Positions 9,483-17,860 of a stretch of DNA of 63,591 nt are shown here, one piece after another. Source of the DNA: an uncultured Candidatus Bathyarchaeia archaeon (GTDB taxonomy: Archaea > Thermoproteota > Bathyarchaeia > Bathyarchaeales > Bathyarchaeaceae); assembly GCA_964347995.1 (NCBI GenBank), contig CAYGBA010000002.1, positions 1 to 63,591 of the forward strand. The letters run 5' to 3'. The notes under the pieces were generated by a model. It did no database searches. It worked only from the letters and a program-made list of their open reading frames with translations, and had not been told where the DNA came from. Position numbers and translations under genes: made by a program. Within the stretch, counting starts at the first letter, position 1. Every line of letters starts with the position of its first letter.

Positions 9483-9800
9483 ATGTTGTCACGCAAAAAA
9501 AGGAGCCGCTTAACGATAATGGCTGAAATACTGGATGTGGCGAGGAAAGGAACCGTTAAGACACAAATTATGTGCAGAGCCGATCTGAGCTTCACTCAAC
9601 TGAAGGGATACATATCTTTTCTCCGAGAAGTGAATCTTCTCAAAGTCAACACAGAAAACGGAAAAACAATCTACGTAAGAACACCAAAGGCAGTCGAATA
9701 TCTCGAAACCTTCGCACAGATCAAGAGTTTGATGAAGAAGAACAGTGGACAGGATTTCCTGCTTACACGCGCACCCTATTGGCCCAAGCCAGAAGAATAG
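9483..9800 (+). CDS. winged-helix DNA-binding protein (COG3432-like archaeal regulator)
   Basis: RLTIMAEILDVARKGTVKTQIMCRADLSFTQLKGYISFLREVNLL. A paralogous pattern occurs in the ORF at 41651-41947. Confidence 0.55.
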   Translation: MLSRKKRSRLTIMAEILDVARKGTVKTQIMCRADLSFTQLKGYISFLREVNLLKVNTENGKTIYVRTPKAVEYLETFAQIKSLMKKNSGQDFLLTRAPYWPKPEE

Positions 9801-9901
9801 TTAGATCATCATGTGTGTATTTGAATCAGCAAAAAGATTGCTGTGGTCATGCATACACATCTCAAAACCTTAATATCAGCCAACATCCTCAAACGGTTAT
9901 C

Positions 9902-10021
9902 GGGCCGGTAGTTCAGCTTGGCATGAAAGATGACCAACTGATCATCAGTGTAGACGCCGCCTTCGCGTGGAGGACCCGAGAGAGGCGGAGGTCGCGGGTT
10001 CAAATCCCGCCCGGTCCACCA
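9902..10021 (+). tRNA. tRNA-Ala(CGC) with two introns (27 nt in the D-arm near 24/25, 15 nt at 37/38); CCA encoded
   Basis: GGGCCGG-TA-GTTC-AGCTTGGCAT-GAA[9928-9954]C-G-CCGCC-TTCGCG[9968-9982]A-GGCGG-AGGTC-GCGGG-TTCAAAT-CCCGC-CCGGTCC-A-CCA. The G3:U70 Ala identity pair is present. The spliced D-arm parallels the intron-less tRNA-Ala at 11735-11809. Confidence 0.8.
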
Positions 10022-10275
10022 AACACGCGCTTCATGAGCATAGTTAGATTCGCTCTGTAGCAGTATACGACCCACACTCATAATCACTATTAAGAACGCA
10101 AGGAGCTATCTGCGCCTGGATTCCTTCATACTTTCCTGCATAAAAACTAGGTTTAAATATTCTTGACTCTGTGAAAACACCCTTAGAGACGCAATCAAAG
10201 CCTAGAGCAGCAAAAAACTGAGATAAACGGCAATGGTCCCTTTCTTAGTGAAGGTTCTTTCAGGAAAGAAAGTTC

Positions 10276-10301
10276 AGTGGACGGGACGGGATTTGAACCC
10301 G
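10276..10301 (-). repeat. 26-bp exact copy of the 3' end of tRNA-Ala(GGC) (T-arm 3' part, acceptor 3' strand and 2 nt downstream)
   Basis: AGTGGACGGGACGGGATTTGAACCCG at 10276-10301 is identical to 11733-11758. I found no matching 5' half nearby. A perfect 7-bp hairpin (10307-10324) is adjacent. Confidence 0.8.
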
Positions 10302-10506
10302 AGCACCTTCTTTGCCGAAAGAAGCTGCACCAAGAAAACCTTTGGTTGTTTCTCTCATGTTGCTTTTGCCACCAAGTAGGGACCTGTGCTGTCTGCTATT
10401 TAACTGTTCAATCTGAGAGGTCTTCTAATCTGTCAGACCTGACATGCACACACATAGATGCTAAAACTTATAACCAAAGCCCATCAACCCTCACTTCTGG
10501 ATTGTT

Positions 10507-11088
10507 TTGGAGGAGCGTTCTGTGGAGGAGGAGGACGTAAGCAGGTTAGACAGGGCTTTCGAATGGGTTATCCTTTTCATAGGCATATCCTACGCAACTA
10601 TCATACAATTGTTAACTTGGGTTTTTGTGCCACCGATTCCACAACAAACGTCTGGAGAAGGCGTTGTTATCATGTCTGTGATAAGGTTAACCTTCGTTCC
10701 ATTACTTATCATAATTCTCATATGGTTAGGTAAGTTCATCTCTGCGGAACCGAAGAAGATGTTCTTCAGGAAGTTGGCTTGGGGTTGGGGAATGTTTCAG
10801 TTGGCAGCGCATATTCTCTCCACCCTCCTCTTAGTTACATTAGATATGCCACGTAACACGCCAGAAGAAGCAATCTACGTGCAGATGATAATATTCCCCT
10901 CTGCAATCATAGTGCCTGCAATTGTCTATGCAATCTATAGGAAAATCATCAGTCTCTACAAGAAGGCAACGGTTGAAAGCATGTTCTGGAGAAACAGATG
11001 GTGGAATCACGGAGCAACTGTCACCACAATTCTAAGTCTGGCTCTCTATGTCTTGTATGTTGCTTATCTCCCAAACCCCTACACGTAG
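10507..11088 (+). CDS. hypothetical polytopic membrane protein
   Basis: 193 aa with about 5 hydrophobic helices. No family recognised. It lies inside the segment bracketed by the 26-bp repeats. Confidence 0.4.
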   Translation: MEERSVEEEDVSRLDRAFEWVILFIGISYATIIQLLTWVFVPPIPQQTSGEGVVIMSVIRLTFVPLLIIILIWLGKFISAEPKKMFFRKLAWGWGMFQLAAHILSTLLLVTLDMPRNTPEEAIYVQMIIFPSAIIVPAIVYAIYRKIISLYKKATVESMFWRNRWWNHGATVTTILSLALYVLYVAYLPNPYT

Positions 11089-11226
11089 TGCATACAGATA
11101 TCTAATCTATCATGCACGAAAGGTTTTACCCTACCCTTTTTGCCTCAAGATTCGCTTTCATCCTTAATCTCATGCAGACACATGTCAAACAAAAAACTTA
11201 TAACTTGATTCAGTCGTTGACGGTTC

Positions 11227-11718
11227 ATGCGAAAGGAATTACCTCAAAAATTATTGAGGGAACTTCTTAAGAATTCAAAAAGAAGCGACAGGGAACTTGC
11301 CAAAGTACTCGGGGTTTCCCAACCAACCGTCACCAGAGCACGTCACAAACTCGAAAAGGAAGGCGTGATTCGAGACTACACAGTTATCCCCGATTTCAAG
11401 AAGATGGGTTTTGAAATAATGGCGATTAACCTTGTCAAAATCAGTCCTGAGAATCTCACACCAGAAACAACAGAAAGAGCACAAAAATTCACTGCAAGGT
11501 TTCCCAATACGATATTTGCCTCTGTTGGGGAAGGCATGGGTATGAATGGAGTGAGTATCTCCTTCTACAGAAATTACACCGAGTATAGTGACAGGATGAA
11601 ACAGGCAAGAGCCGAATGGAAAGACCTCTTTTCAGACATTCAAAGTTTCGTTATTGCTCTCGGAGAAGGAGAATACAAACGTCTTTCGCTAACATATTTG
11701 AAGAATGCTCCTATTTAA
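11227..11718 (+). CDS. Lrp/AsnC-like HTH transcriptional regulator
   Basis: N-terminal HTH SDRELAKVLGVSQPTVTRARHKLEKEGVIRDYTVIPDFKKMGF, followed by an alpha/beta C-terminal domain. Confidence 0.65.
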   Translation: MRKELPQKLLRELLKNSKRSDRELAKVLGVSQPTVTRARHKLEKEGVIRDYTVIPDFKKMGFEIMAINLVKISPENLTPETTERAQKFTARFPNTIFASVGEGMGMNGVSISFYRNYTEYSDRMKQARAEWKDLFSDIQSFVIALGEGEYKRLSLTYLKNAPI

Positions 11719-11732
11719 TTCATACATGCTGA

Positions 11733-11758
11733 GTGGACGGGACGGGATTTGAACCCGT
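11733..11758 (-). repeat. second copy of the 26-bp repeat (within and just past the 3' end of tRNA-Ala(GGC))
   Basis: Identical to 10276-10301 and in the same orientation. The two copies are separated by 1431 bp. Confidence 0.8.
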
Positions 11759-11809
11759 GACCTCGACGATGCCAACGTCGCGATCATTCCAAGCTGATCT
11801 ACCCGCCCA
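11735..11809 (-). tRNA. tRNA-Ala(GGC), intron-less, CCA not encoded
   Basis: Reverse complement: GGGCGGG-TA-GATC-AGCTTGGAAT-GATC-G-CGACG-TTGGCAT-CGTCG-AGGTC-ACGGG-TTCAAAT-CCCGT-CCCGTCC-A. G3:U70 is present. Confidence 0.9.
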
Positions 11810-11949
11810 CAAACAACCAATGCCAAGAAACTATTAAGCATTATCATGAATGCAATTTAATACTTCTAAACAAACTGTTCCTCAAACGGGGCCACAGAGA
11901 CCTACCATTTAAATTGTAAACACGCATAAAGCAGTAAAGAACAGCCACC

Positions 11950-13227
11950 ATGGACGTGAACAAAATCGCACCGAAAATAAAATTTCTCGGGGGCACAAGA
12001 GAAATCGGAAGATCAGCCATAACGCTGAAATCAGAAGGAGCCCAGGTACTCCTAGACTATGGCGTGATGATGAATCATGAACCGGGCTTCCCAATGCATC
12101 TTCCGCCAAGAGATGTAGACGCCGTAATCCTAAGCCACAGCCATCTGGACCACTCGGGCGCAATACCCATATTCCACGTAAAAAGCAAAAAAACCGTATA
12201 CGGAACACCGCCGACCTTTGACCTAACAAACATTCTAATCTCAGACTTCATACACCTTTCAGGCTACTACCTCCCGTTCGAATACATAGAACTAAGCTCT
12301 ATGATGAAAAATTGCATCCATCTCAACTATCGGGAAGAACAAGCAGTAGGAGACATCCACTTCCAACTCTTAGATGCGGGTCACATACCAGGCAGCGCCC
12401 AAGTCCTGATTGACGCTAACGGAAAGAGGCTGCTCTACACAAGCGACTACAACACTCAAGACACACGCCTACTCAACGGCGCAGATAAGGATTATGGAAA
12501 AGTCGATGCCGTGATTATCGAAAGCACATACGCTGACGAAGACCATTCTAACAGGGCAGAGTTGGAGAAGGAATTTGTGGCACACGTTACTGAAGTCGTA
12601 GAGAATGGAGGAATCTCTCTGATCCCTGCCTTCAGTGTTGGACGCTCCCAGGAAATCGCCTGCATCCTCGCAACATACCACTTCGAATACCCTACCATAA
12701 TGGATGGTATGGCTCGTAAAGTCAACAGAATAATGATGAGACACACACAATACCTAAGGGACCCTGAGCTATTCATGAACGCCGTCCACAACGCGACCTG
12801 GATCGAAGGATGGAGAGATCGAAGAAGAGCAGCCAAAAAGCCTGGAGCAATCATATCACCAGCAGGCATGCTCAAGGGCGGACCATCAGCATTCTACATA
12901 CAAAAGGTGGGAAAGCAAAATCAAAACGGGGTCTTCCTAGTAAGCTATCAGATTCCGGGAACCCCTGGTCGAGAACTTCTTGATAAAGGAAGATGTTTAG
13001 TTGATGGGAAGATGCGGAAAATAAAAGCCGAGGTTGAACACTTCGACTTCTCATCTCACTGCGGAGCCGATCAACTTAAGGACACTGTAAAGCAGATCGA
13101 CGGAAGCCCAAAAATATACGTGGTGCATGGGGCAGAAGGAAACCCGCAAAGGTTTGCGGAGTGGGTGAAAGAAGAAACAGGGCTTGACGCTGTAGCACCC
13201 AAGGCGGGAGACGTATACGCTTTCTGA
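11950..13227 (+). CDS. beta-CASP metallo-beta-lactamase ribonuclease, aCPSF2-like (no KH domains)
   Basis: HSHLDHSG (HxHxDH), DAGHIPGS, ESTYA and the C-terminal SSHCGADQL...VVHGAEG motifs. The 425-aa length fits the short archaeal CPSF paralog. Confidence 0.8.
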   Translation: MDVNKIAPKIKFLGGTREIGRSAITLKSEGAQVLLDYGVMMNHEPGFPMHLPPRDVDAVILSHSHLDHSGAIPIFHVKSKKTVYGTPPTFDLTNILISDFIHLSGYYLPFEYIELSSMMKNCIHLNYREEQAVGDIHFQLLDAGHIPGSAQVLIDANGKRLLYTSDYNTQDTRLLNGADKDYGKVDAVIIESTYADEDHSNRAELEKEFVAHVTEVVENGGISLIPAFSVGRSQEIACILATYHFEYPTIMDGMARKVNRIMMRHTQYLRDPELFMNAVHNATWIEGWRDRRRAAKKPGAIISPAGMLKGGPSAFYIQKVGKQNQNGVFLVSYQIPGTPGRELLDKGRCLVDGKMRKIKAEVEHFDFSSHCGADQLKDTVKQIDGSPKIYVVHGAEGNPQRFAEWVKEETGLDAVAPKAGDVYAF

Positions 13228-13237
13228 GGAGAGAGAA

Positions 13238-13783
13238 TTGAGGATTGCGATCCTGCGCGTTGGAACCGTGGATAAAGCTGTCACACGAAGTGTACAGGAT
13301 GGTTTGTGCAAGGTCTTCCCCAGAGCTGTTTGTGTGATCTTAGAGGAAGTAATGCCAATACCCGAGGGCGCATATAGCTCAAGCAGACGTCAGTATAGCT
13401 CAAGTCGCATCTTGGCTAGGATGTCTGATTCTGTAGAAGATCGTACTGCTGAGCGTTTTCTTGGGATGACTGATGTGGATTTGTATGTGCCCAATCTAAA
13501 TTTTGTCTTCGGAGAGGCCGAGTGCCCTGGAAGGTTCGCAATAATTTCAGTAAGTAGACTGAGACCTGAGTTATTTGGGCAACAGCCAAAAACAGCTCTC
13601 TTTCATGAACGTTCTGTGAAGGAGGCCGTTCACGAGATTGGACATACTTTTGGGTTGCATCACTGTCGCGATCCTGAATGTGTTATGTTCTTCTCCAATT
13701 CTCTTCTTGACACAGATTGTAAGGAGTCGACTTTTTGTGAGAGATGTTATCCTCTGGTTGTGAAGCAAATCGCTGCGGCTTAG
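13238..13783 (+). CDS. amzA: archaemetzincin (zinc metallopeptidase)
   Basis: HEIGHTFGLHHCRDPECVMFFSNSLLDTDCKESTFCERC matches the archaemetzincin HExxHxxGxxHC...C...C..C signature. TTG start preceded by GAGGAGAG. Confidence 0.9.
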   Translation: MRIAILRVGTVDKAVTRSVQDGLCKVFPRAVCVILEEVMPIPEGAYSSSRRQYSSSRILARMSDSVEDRTAERFLGMTDVDLYVPNLNFVFGEAECPGRFAIISVSRLRPELFGQQPKTALFHERSVKEAVHEIGHTFGLHHCRDPECVMFFSNSLLDTDCKESTFCERCYPLVVKQIAAA

Positions 13784-14009
13784 ACTGTACCTATCTTAGC
13801 TTGGTCCCACATGACGCATACTTTCGCAGAGCTTCTATATCCTAGCGTCTTATCAGTTCGAGACTTCCATTACATGTCTACTGTATGGAAGGTTGATTCA
13901 AGCTTCCCATGCTGGAGCCACATTAGAGGACACAGCAATTTCATACAGTTGAGAGGCGTCATAGTTAATTTTTAAAGTAGATAGGGACACTATATGCTAC
14001 TCTTAAGAG

Positions 14010-14435
14010 GTGAAATGTTTGGTTAAAGTAGACGGCTATGAGGTGCCTGAAGGGCTGCATTACCATAAAGAATTCGGATGGGCACGCATAGAAGATGGAA
14101 AAGCGAGAACAGGCATAACAGACTACGCCCAGAAGCAGCTACGTGAAATCGTATTCGTCGAGCTTCCCAGCGCCGGCGACACAGTGACACAGAATGAACC
14201 CTTCGGAACCGTGGAATCCGTGAAAGCTGTTTCAGACCTTGTTGCACCCGTGAGTGGCACGATAGAGGAGGTCAACGAACAGGTGCAGAACAAGCCAGAG
14301 ACCCTCAATGAGGACCCCTATGAAGAAGGGTGGCTTCTGATAATCTCTCCGTCAAACCTCGACGAGGAACTGAAGGCTCTCATGGACCTTGATAAGAGTG
14401 TGGAGTGGCACAAGAAACTGATCAAGGAAGGCTGA
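14010..14435 (+). CDS. gcvH: GcvH-family lipoyl-carrier protein (copy 1)
   Basis: GITDYAQKQL and the lipoyl-lysine motif VESVKAVSDLVAPVSG. The start is uncertain (GTG 14010 or TTG 14019). No gcvT/gcvP in the window. Confidence 0.85.
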   Translation: MKCLVKVDGYEVPEGLHYHKEFGWARIEDGKARTGITDYAQKQLREIVFVELPSAGDTVTQNEPFGTVESVKAVSDLVAPVSGTIEEVNEQVQNKPETLNEDPYEEGWLLIISPSNLDEELKALMDLDKSVEWHKKLIKEG

Positions 14436-14577
14436 GGATTCCAACAGAATCAGAGCCAAAGGCGCCCACGATGCCTGCTAGACGCAGCGCACGCCAATGT
14501 TGAACTGGCCATGAGGCAGAAACAACCATCGGCGAAATCAACGGTAGAAGCAAACATGAGAACGCGCGCATGTAGTC

Positions 14578-15417
14578 TCAGTATTCCTTAGGCATCATCT
14601 CAAGCTCTTTGTAACTGAAGACTGGGCCGTCTTTGCACACAAACTTGTTTCCTATGTTACACCTTCCACACTTTCCTATACCGCACTTCATCTTCATCTC
14701 GAGGGACAAGAAGACATCCTCGGGGTGGAAGCCCAGTTCGTTGATAACTGGCATCGTAAACTTTATCATTATAGGTGGACCGCAGACAATAGCGATAGCG
14801 TTGTCTGAGCCTGGGCCAACCTCCTTGAGAACGGCCGGGACAAATCCAACCAATCCAGTCCAGCCAGGGACTTCGCGGTCTATGGTCACGTTGAGGTTGA
14901 TGTCATCCCTCTTCCCCCAGGCTTCAAGGTCATGTTTGTAGATGAGTTCACCTGGATTGCGAGCTCCATAGATGACCGTCAAGTCTTTGAATCTATCTCT
15001 GTTGACCTCATGAAGGATGAAATTCGTTAGAGACCTCAGCGTCGTAAAGGCGAAGCCTCCCCCGACAATAACAACATTTCGGCCTTCCATTCTCTCCATC
15101 GGGAAGCCGTTACCGAATGGCCCCCTAACTCCCACGACAGCCCCTTCCTCATAATTGTGCAGGGCAGTGGTGACGACTCCGACCTTTTTCACAGTGAATT
15201 GAATGTAGTCCTCGTCCATGGGGGATGAGGCTATACCAAGGGGGCACTCTCCGGCACCGAAGATAGAGATCTCCGCGAACTGACCACATCTATACTTGAA
15301 TTTCTTCATCGCTCCTGAATCTTGGAAAACGAGCTCAAACGTCTTAATGTCCTTTACCTCGTTTTCTGTTGTGATTTTTCTGATGACCGTGAGGTTTGGT
15401 ATATACGGGTTGCTCAT
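14578..15417 (-). CDS. FAD/NAD(P)-binding [2Fe-2S] oxidoreductase subunit (HydG/AsrB/FlxA-like)
   Basis: Ferredoxin-reductase-type fold (RCGQF, GPFG, VVIVGGGFAFTTL) and a C-terminal cluster CGIGKCGRCNIGNKFVCKDGP, as in the sulfhydrogenase gamma, AsrB and FlxA families. Confidence 0.8.
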   Translation of the reverse strand: MSNPYIPNLTVIRKITTENEVKDIKTFELVFQDSGAMKKFKYRCGQFAEISIFGAGECPLGIASSPMDEDYIQFTVKKVGVVTTALHNYEEGAVVGVRGPFGNGFPMERMEGRNVVIVGGGFAFTTLRSLTNFILHEVNRDRFKDLTVIYGARNPGELIYKHDLEAWGKRDDINLNVTIDREVPGWTGLVGFVPAVLKEVGPGSDNAIAIVCGPPIMIKFTMPVINELGFHPEDVFLSLEMKMKCGIGKCGRCNIGNKFVCKDGPVFSYKELEMMPKEY

Positions 15418-15420
15418 TTT

Positions 15421-16449
15421 CTACTCCAGCTGCCTAGTTGATATTTCCTCAATTATTTCTCTGATGTCGAGGTTGACGGGACACTCTCTGACGCATCTTC
15501 CACAGCCTACGCAGAGGCTTTCGCCGAAGTTCTTGACGAAGTAGTTGAACTTGTGCATGATCCTCTGTCTCAGCCTCTCCTTTCCTGAAGGTCGAGGGTT
15601 GTGTCCAGAACCCTGTAGTGTGAAGTAAGAAAATTGGCAAGAGTCCCAGATTCTGACTCTTTTCCATTTATCTGTCTCTTCATCTACGATATCGAAGCAG
15701 CAGCAGGTGGGACAAAGGTATGTGCACACTCCGCAATCCACGCACTTCTGGTGTGTCCGGTTCCATATGGGATCGTCGAAAATGGTGTCAAGCTTCTCGC
15801 TCACACCTTCAACGGTTACCTTAGACGTGATGGCTTTCTCAGAGTCTTCGGACAGTTTCTTCGCCTTCTCCAAGTCCCCCTCTTCTGCGTCCTTCAACCA
15901 CGGAATTCTCTCAATAAGTTCCTCGCCTCTTTCGGTCACTGTTTCTATGAGGTACTTGTCGCCTACATCCTGTAGAAGCAAGTCCATGCCTTCTTTTCCA
16001 AAAGGACTTCCTCCTATAGATGTGCAGAAACACGTGCTTAAAGGATGGTTGCACGCCAAGCCGATTGTAGTCGTGTTCCCTCTCTTCGCTAAATAGTACG
16101 AATCTTTCTGTTCCCCAGAAGAGAGGAACTTGTCGAGCAAAACGAAGCCTTTGGCATCGCAGGGGCGGACACCCAGTAACACTGTCTTTCTCTGAGGGGT
16201 TGAGGCTTCCTTGATCTCTACACTTTTTTCGGCGGCTTCATACGTGAACAGAATTTCGTTTTGTGGAAAGAAAACCTCCTTGGGAGGTTTCTTTGTGTTC
16301 CGGAAGTATAGGTAAGCTTCGTCTCCAGAGGACACCCTTTCAAAGGAGACGACATTTTCCCTCGTAACTGGGGCAAAAACCTTGTGCTCTGTGGTCAACT
16401 CTTCGATGAGGACGGGTATTTTGCTCTTTTCTACAACCTTCCATCCCAT
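15421..16449 (-). CDS. 4Fe-4S subunit, HydB/AsrA/FlxB-like
   Basis: CVDCGVCTYLCPTCCCFD and CVGCGRCVRECP. I place the start at ATG 16449 (MGWKVVEK), with GGTG 8 nt upstream and 16 nt after the upstream stop. The track start at 16527 overlaps the previous gene. Confidence 0.75.
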   Translation of the reverse strand: MGWKVVEKSKIPVLIEELTTEHKVFAPVTRENVVSFERVSSGDEAYLYFRNTKKPPKEVFFPQNEILFTYEAAEKSVEIKEASTPQRKTVLLGVRPCDAKGFVLLDKFLSSGEQKDSYYLAKRGNTTTIGLACNHPLSTCFCTSIGGSPFGKEGMDLLLQDVGDKYLIETVTERGEELIERIPWLKDAEEGDLEKAKKLSEDSEKAITSKVTVEGVSEKLDTIFDDPIWNRTHQKCVDCGVCTYLCPTCCCFDIVDEETDKWKRVRIWDSCQFSYFTLQGSGHNPRPSGKERLRQRIMHKFNYFVKNFGESLCVGCGRCVRECPVNLDIREIIEEISTRQLE

Positions 16450-16465
16450 TTGAGACACCGCAATA

Positions 16466-17416
16466 TCACTTGATGAACTCCTGAGAGTCATCCGTCTTGA
16501 ACTCTCCCAACGGCGGAATCTCTTCAAGGCTTAGTCCCGCCTCGTAGTTGTACCGTTCCTTCATGATCTTCTCGGTTTTCTTCACGAGTTCCCTCAAGTC
16601 TATGTCCATGGGACAGGCTCGGCTGCAAGCTCCACAGTCAACGCATCTTCCGGCCACATGAAAGGCGCGGACAATGTGGTAGATCATTGTATCTGTTAGG
16701 TCGTTCGTTTTGCCGAACCAAGCGGGCATGGTCTGGTCTACGAAGCACGTCTTGCAGTAGCAGAGGGGACAGACATTTCTGCAAGCGTAGCACCTGACGC
16801 ACTTGCTTAATTCTTCCTTGAAGTGGATCCACCTTTCTTCCGCCGACTTCGACTCTAAGTCTGAAACCCTAGTGAATTCATCGACATCCGTCGTTTCAGG
16901 CACTTTTTCGCCTACAAGCACATCGTAGATAGGGGGATTTCTGTGTCTGCAGGTTAGGCATGAGTCACAAATGAACCCTCTTTTCGGTAGAACAAACTCG
17001 AAACCTTCCCCCTTGACCTTGATTTGTTCGCCCTCAACGGTGGCTTCCAAAGCTTCTTTGCCGTCAAGCTTTGCCTCTACTTTTTTCCTGTCAATGAGTC
17101 CTAGGCAGGGGACGCCTATGATAACTACATTTTCTCTCGAAATCTGTTTTTCAACAGCACAAACAGCTATCGCGCGCGCGTCGCAGCCCTTTGCGACGAC
17201 TCCAATCTTTCCCGCTCTGCCTACTAGGTACTTCGAAAGATTAGCGTCACAACTTACGTTCCAAACGAGCTTTTGAACATCTTCCAATTTGTCCACGAAG
17301 CAGGGAGTGGCGAGAAGCGGCAGTGTTCCTTGCTCGTATCCAATTATAAGGTCGACTTTCTTCTCGCTGAGAAGCTTTTTGGCGACCTCTCTTATTGGAT
17401 TTTCAAGGTCTTCCAT
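16466..17416 (-). CDS. iron-sulfur protein, FlxC-like (two ferredoxin-type 4Fe-4S motifs plus extra Cys cluster)
   Basis: CVRCYACRNVCPLCYCKTC, CVDCGACSRACP and CDSCLTCRH. It sits between the MvhD and HydB-like genes, as in flx clusters. Confidence 0.65.
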   Translation of the reverse strand: MEDLENPIREVAKKLLSEKKVDLIIGYEQGTLPLLATPCFVDKLEDVQKLVWNVSCDANLSKYLVGRAGKIGVVAKGCDARAIAVCAVEKQISRENVVIIGVPCLGLIDRKKVEAKLDGKEALEATVEGEQIKVKGEGFEFVLPKRGFICDSCLTCRHRNPPIYDVLVGEKVPETTDVDEFTRVSDLESKSAEERWIHFKEELSKCVRCYACRNVCPLCYCKTCFVDQTMPAWFGKTNDLTDTMIYHIVRAFHVAGRCVDCGACSRACPMDIDLRELVKKTEKIMKERYNYEAGLSLEEIPPLGEFKTDDSQEFIK

Positions 17417-17422
17417 ATTGCA

Positions 17423-17860
17423 TTACCTCTTCACCAGTCTTTCGGCAGGTCCCAGGGCCTTCACCTTTTCTACCACGTCCCTCACAACATTGGCAAACTT
17501 TTCACCTTCAGCAGCAGAGACCCACGAGAAGTTCAACCTTCCAGACTCAATTCCAAGGTATTCCAGTAGATCCTTCAGGACAGCGAATCTCCTTCTAGCC
17601 ACGAGGTTTCCGCTGATGTAGTGACAGTCGCCAGGATGACATCCAGAGACTAAGACTCCGTCCCATCCGCGCTGCAGGGCTTTCATAATGAAATAGGGGT
17701 TGACTCTTCCAGAGCAGGGGACTCGGACGACCCTTATGTTTGGGGGATACTGCATCCTGCTTATTCCTGCTAGGTCTGCCCCAGCGTAGCTGCACCAGTT
17801 GCATAGGAAAGCTAGTATTCTTGGGTTCCATTCCTTTTCGGCAGGTTTCACTCCAGTCAC
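17423..17860 (-). CDS. mvhD: MvhD/FlxD-type [2Fe-2S] protein (methyl-viologen-reducing hydrogenase delta subunit domain)
   Basis: FLCNWCSYAGADLAG...VVRVPCSGRV...SGCHPGDCHY. I start it at GTG 17860, which overlaps the hdrA stop as GTGA. The 212-aa track ORF extends into hdrA. Confidence 0.85.
   Translation of the reverse strand: MTGVKPAEKEWNPRILAFLCNWCSYAGADLAGISRMQYPPNIRVVRVPCSGRVNPYFIMKALQRGWDGVLVSGCHPGDCHYISGNLVARRRFAVLKDLLEYLGIESGRLNFSWVSAAEGEKFANVVRDVVEKVKALGPAERLVKR

Noticed and set aside
9572-10540. ORFs at 9572-10060 (+), 9809-10087 (-) and 10277-10540 (+)
   Set aside because: They run across tRNA-Ala(CGC) or start inside the tRNA 3' fragment (MDGTGFEP is just the T-arm translated). 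They have no coding features.
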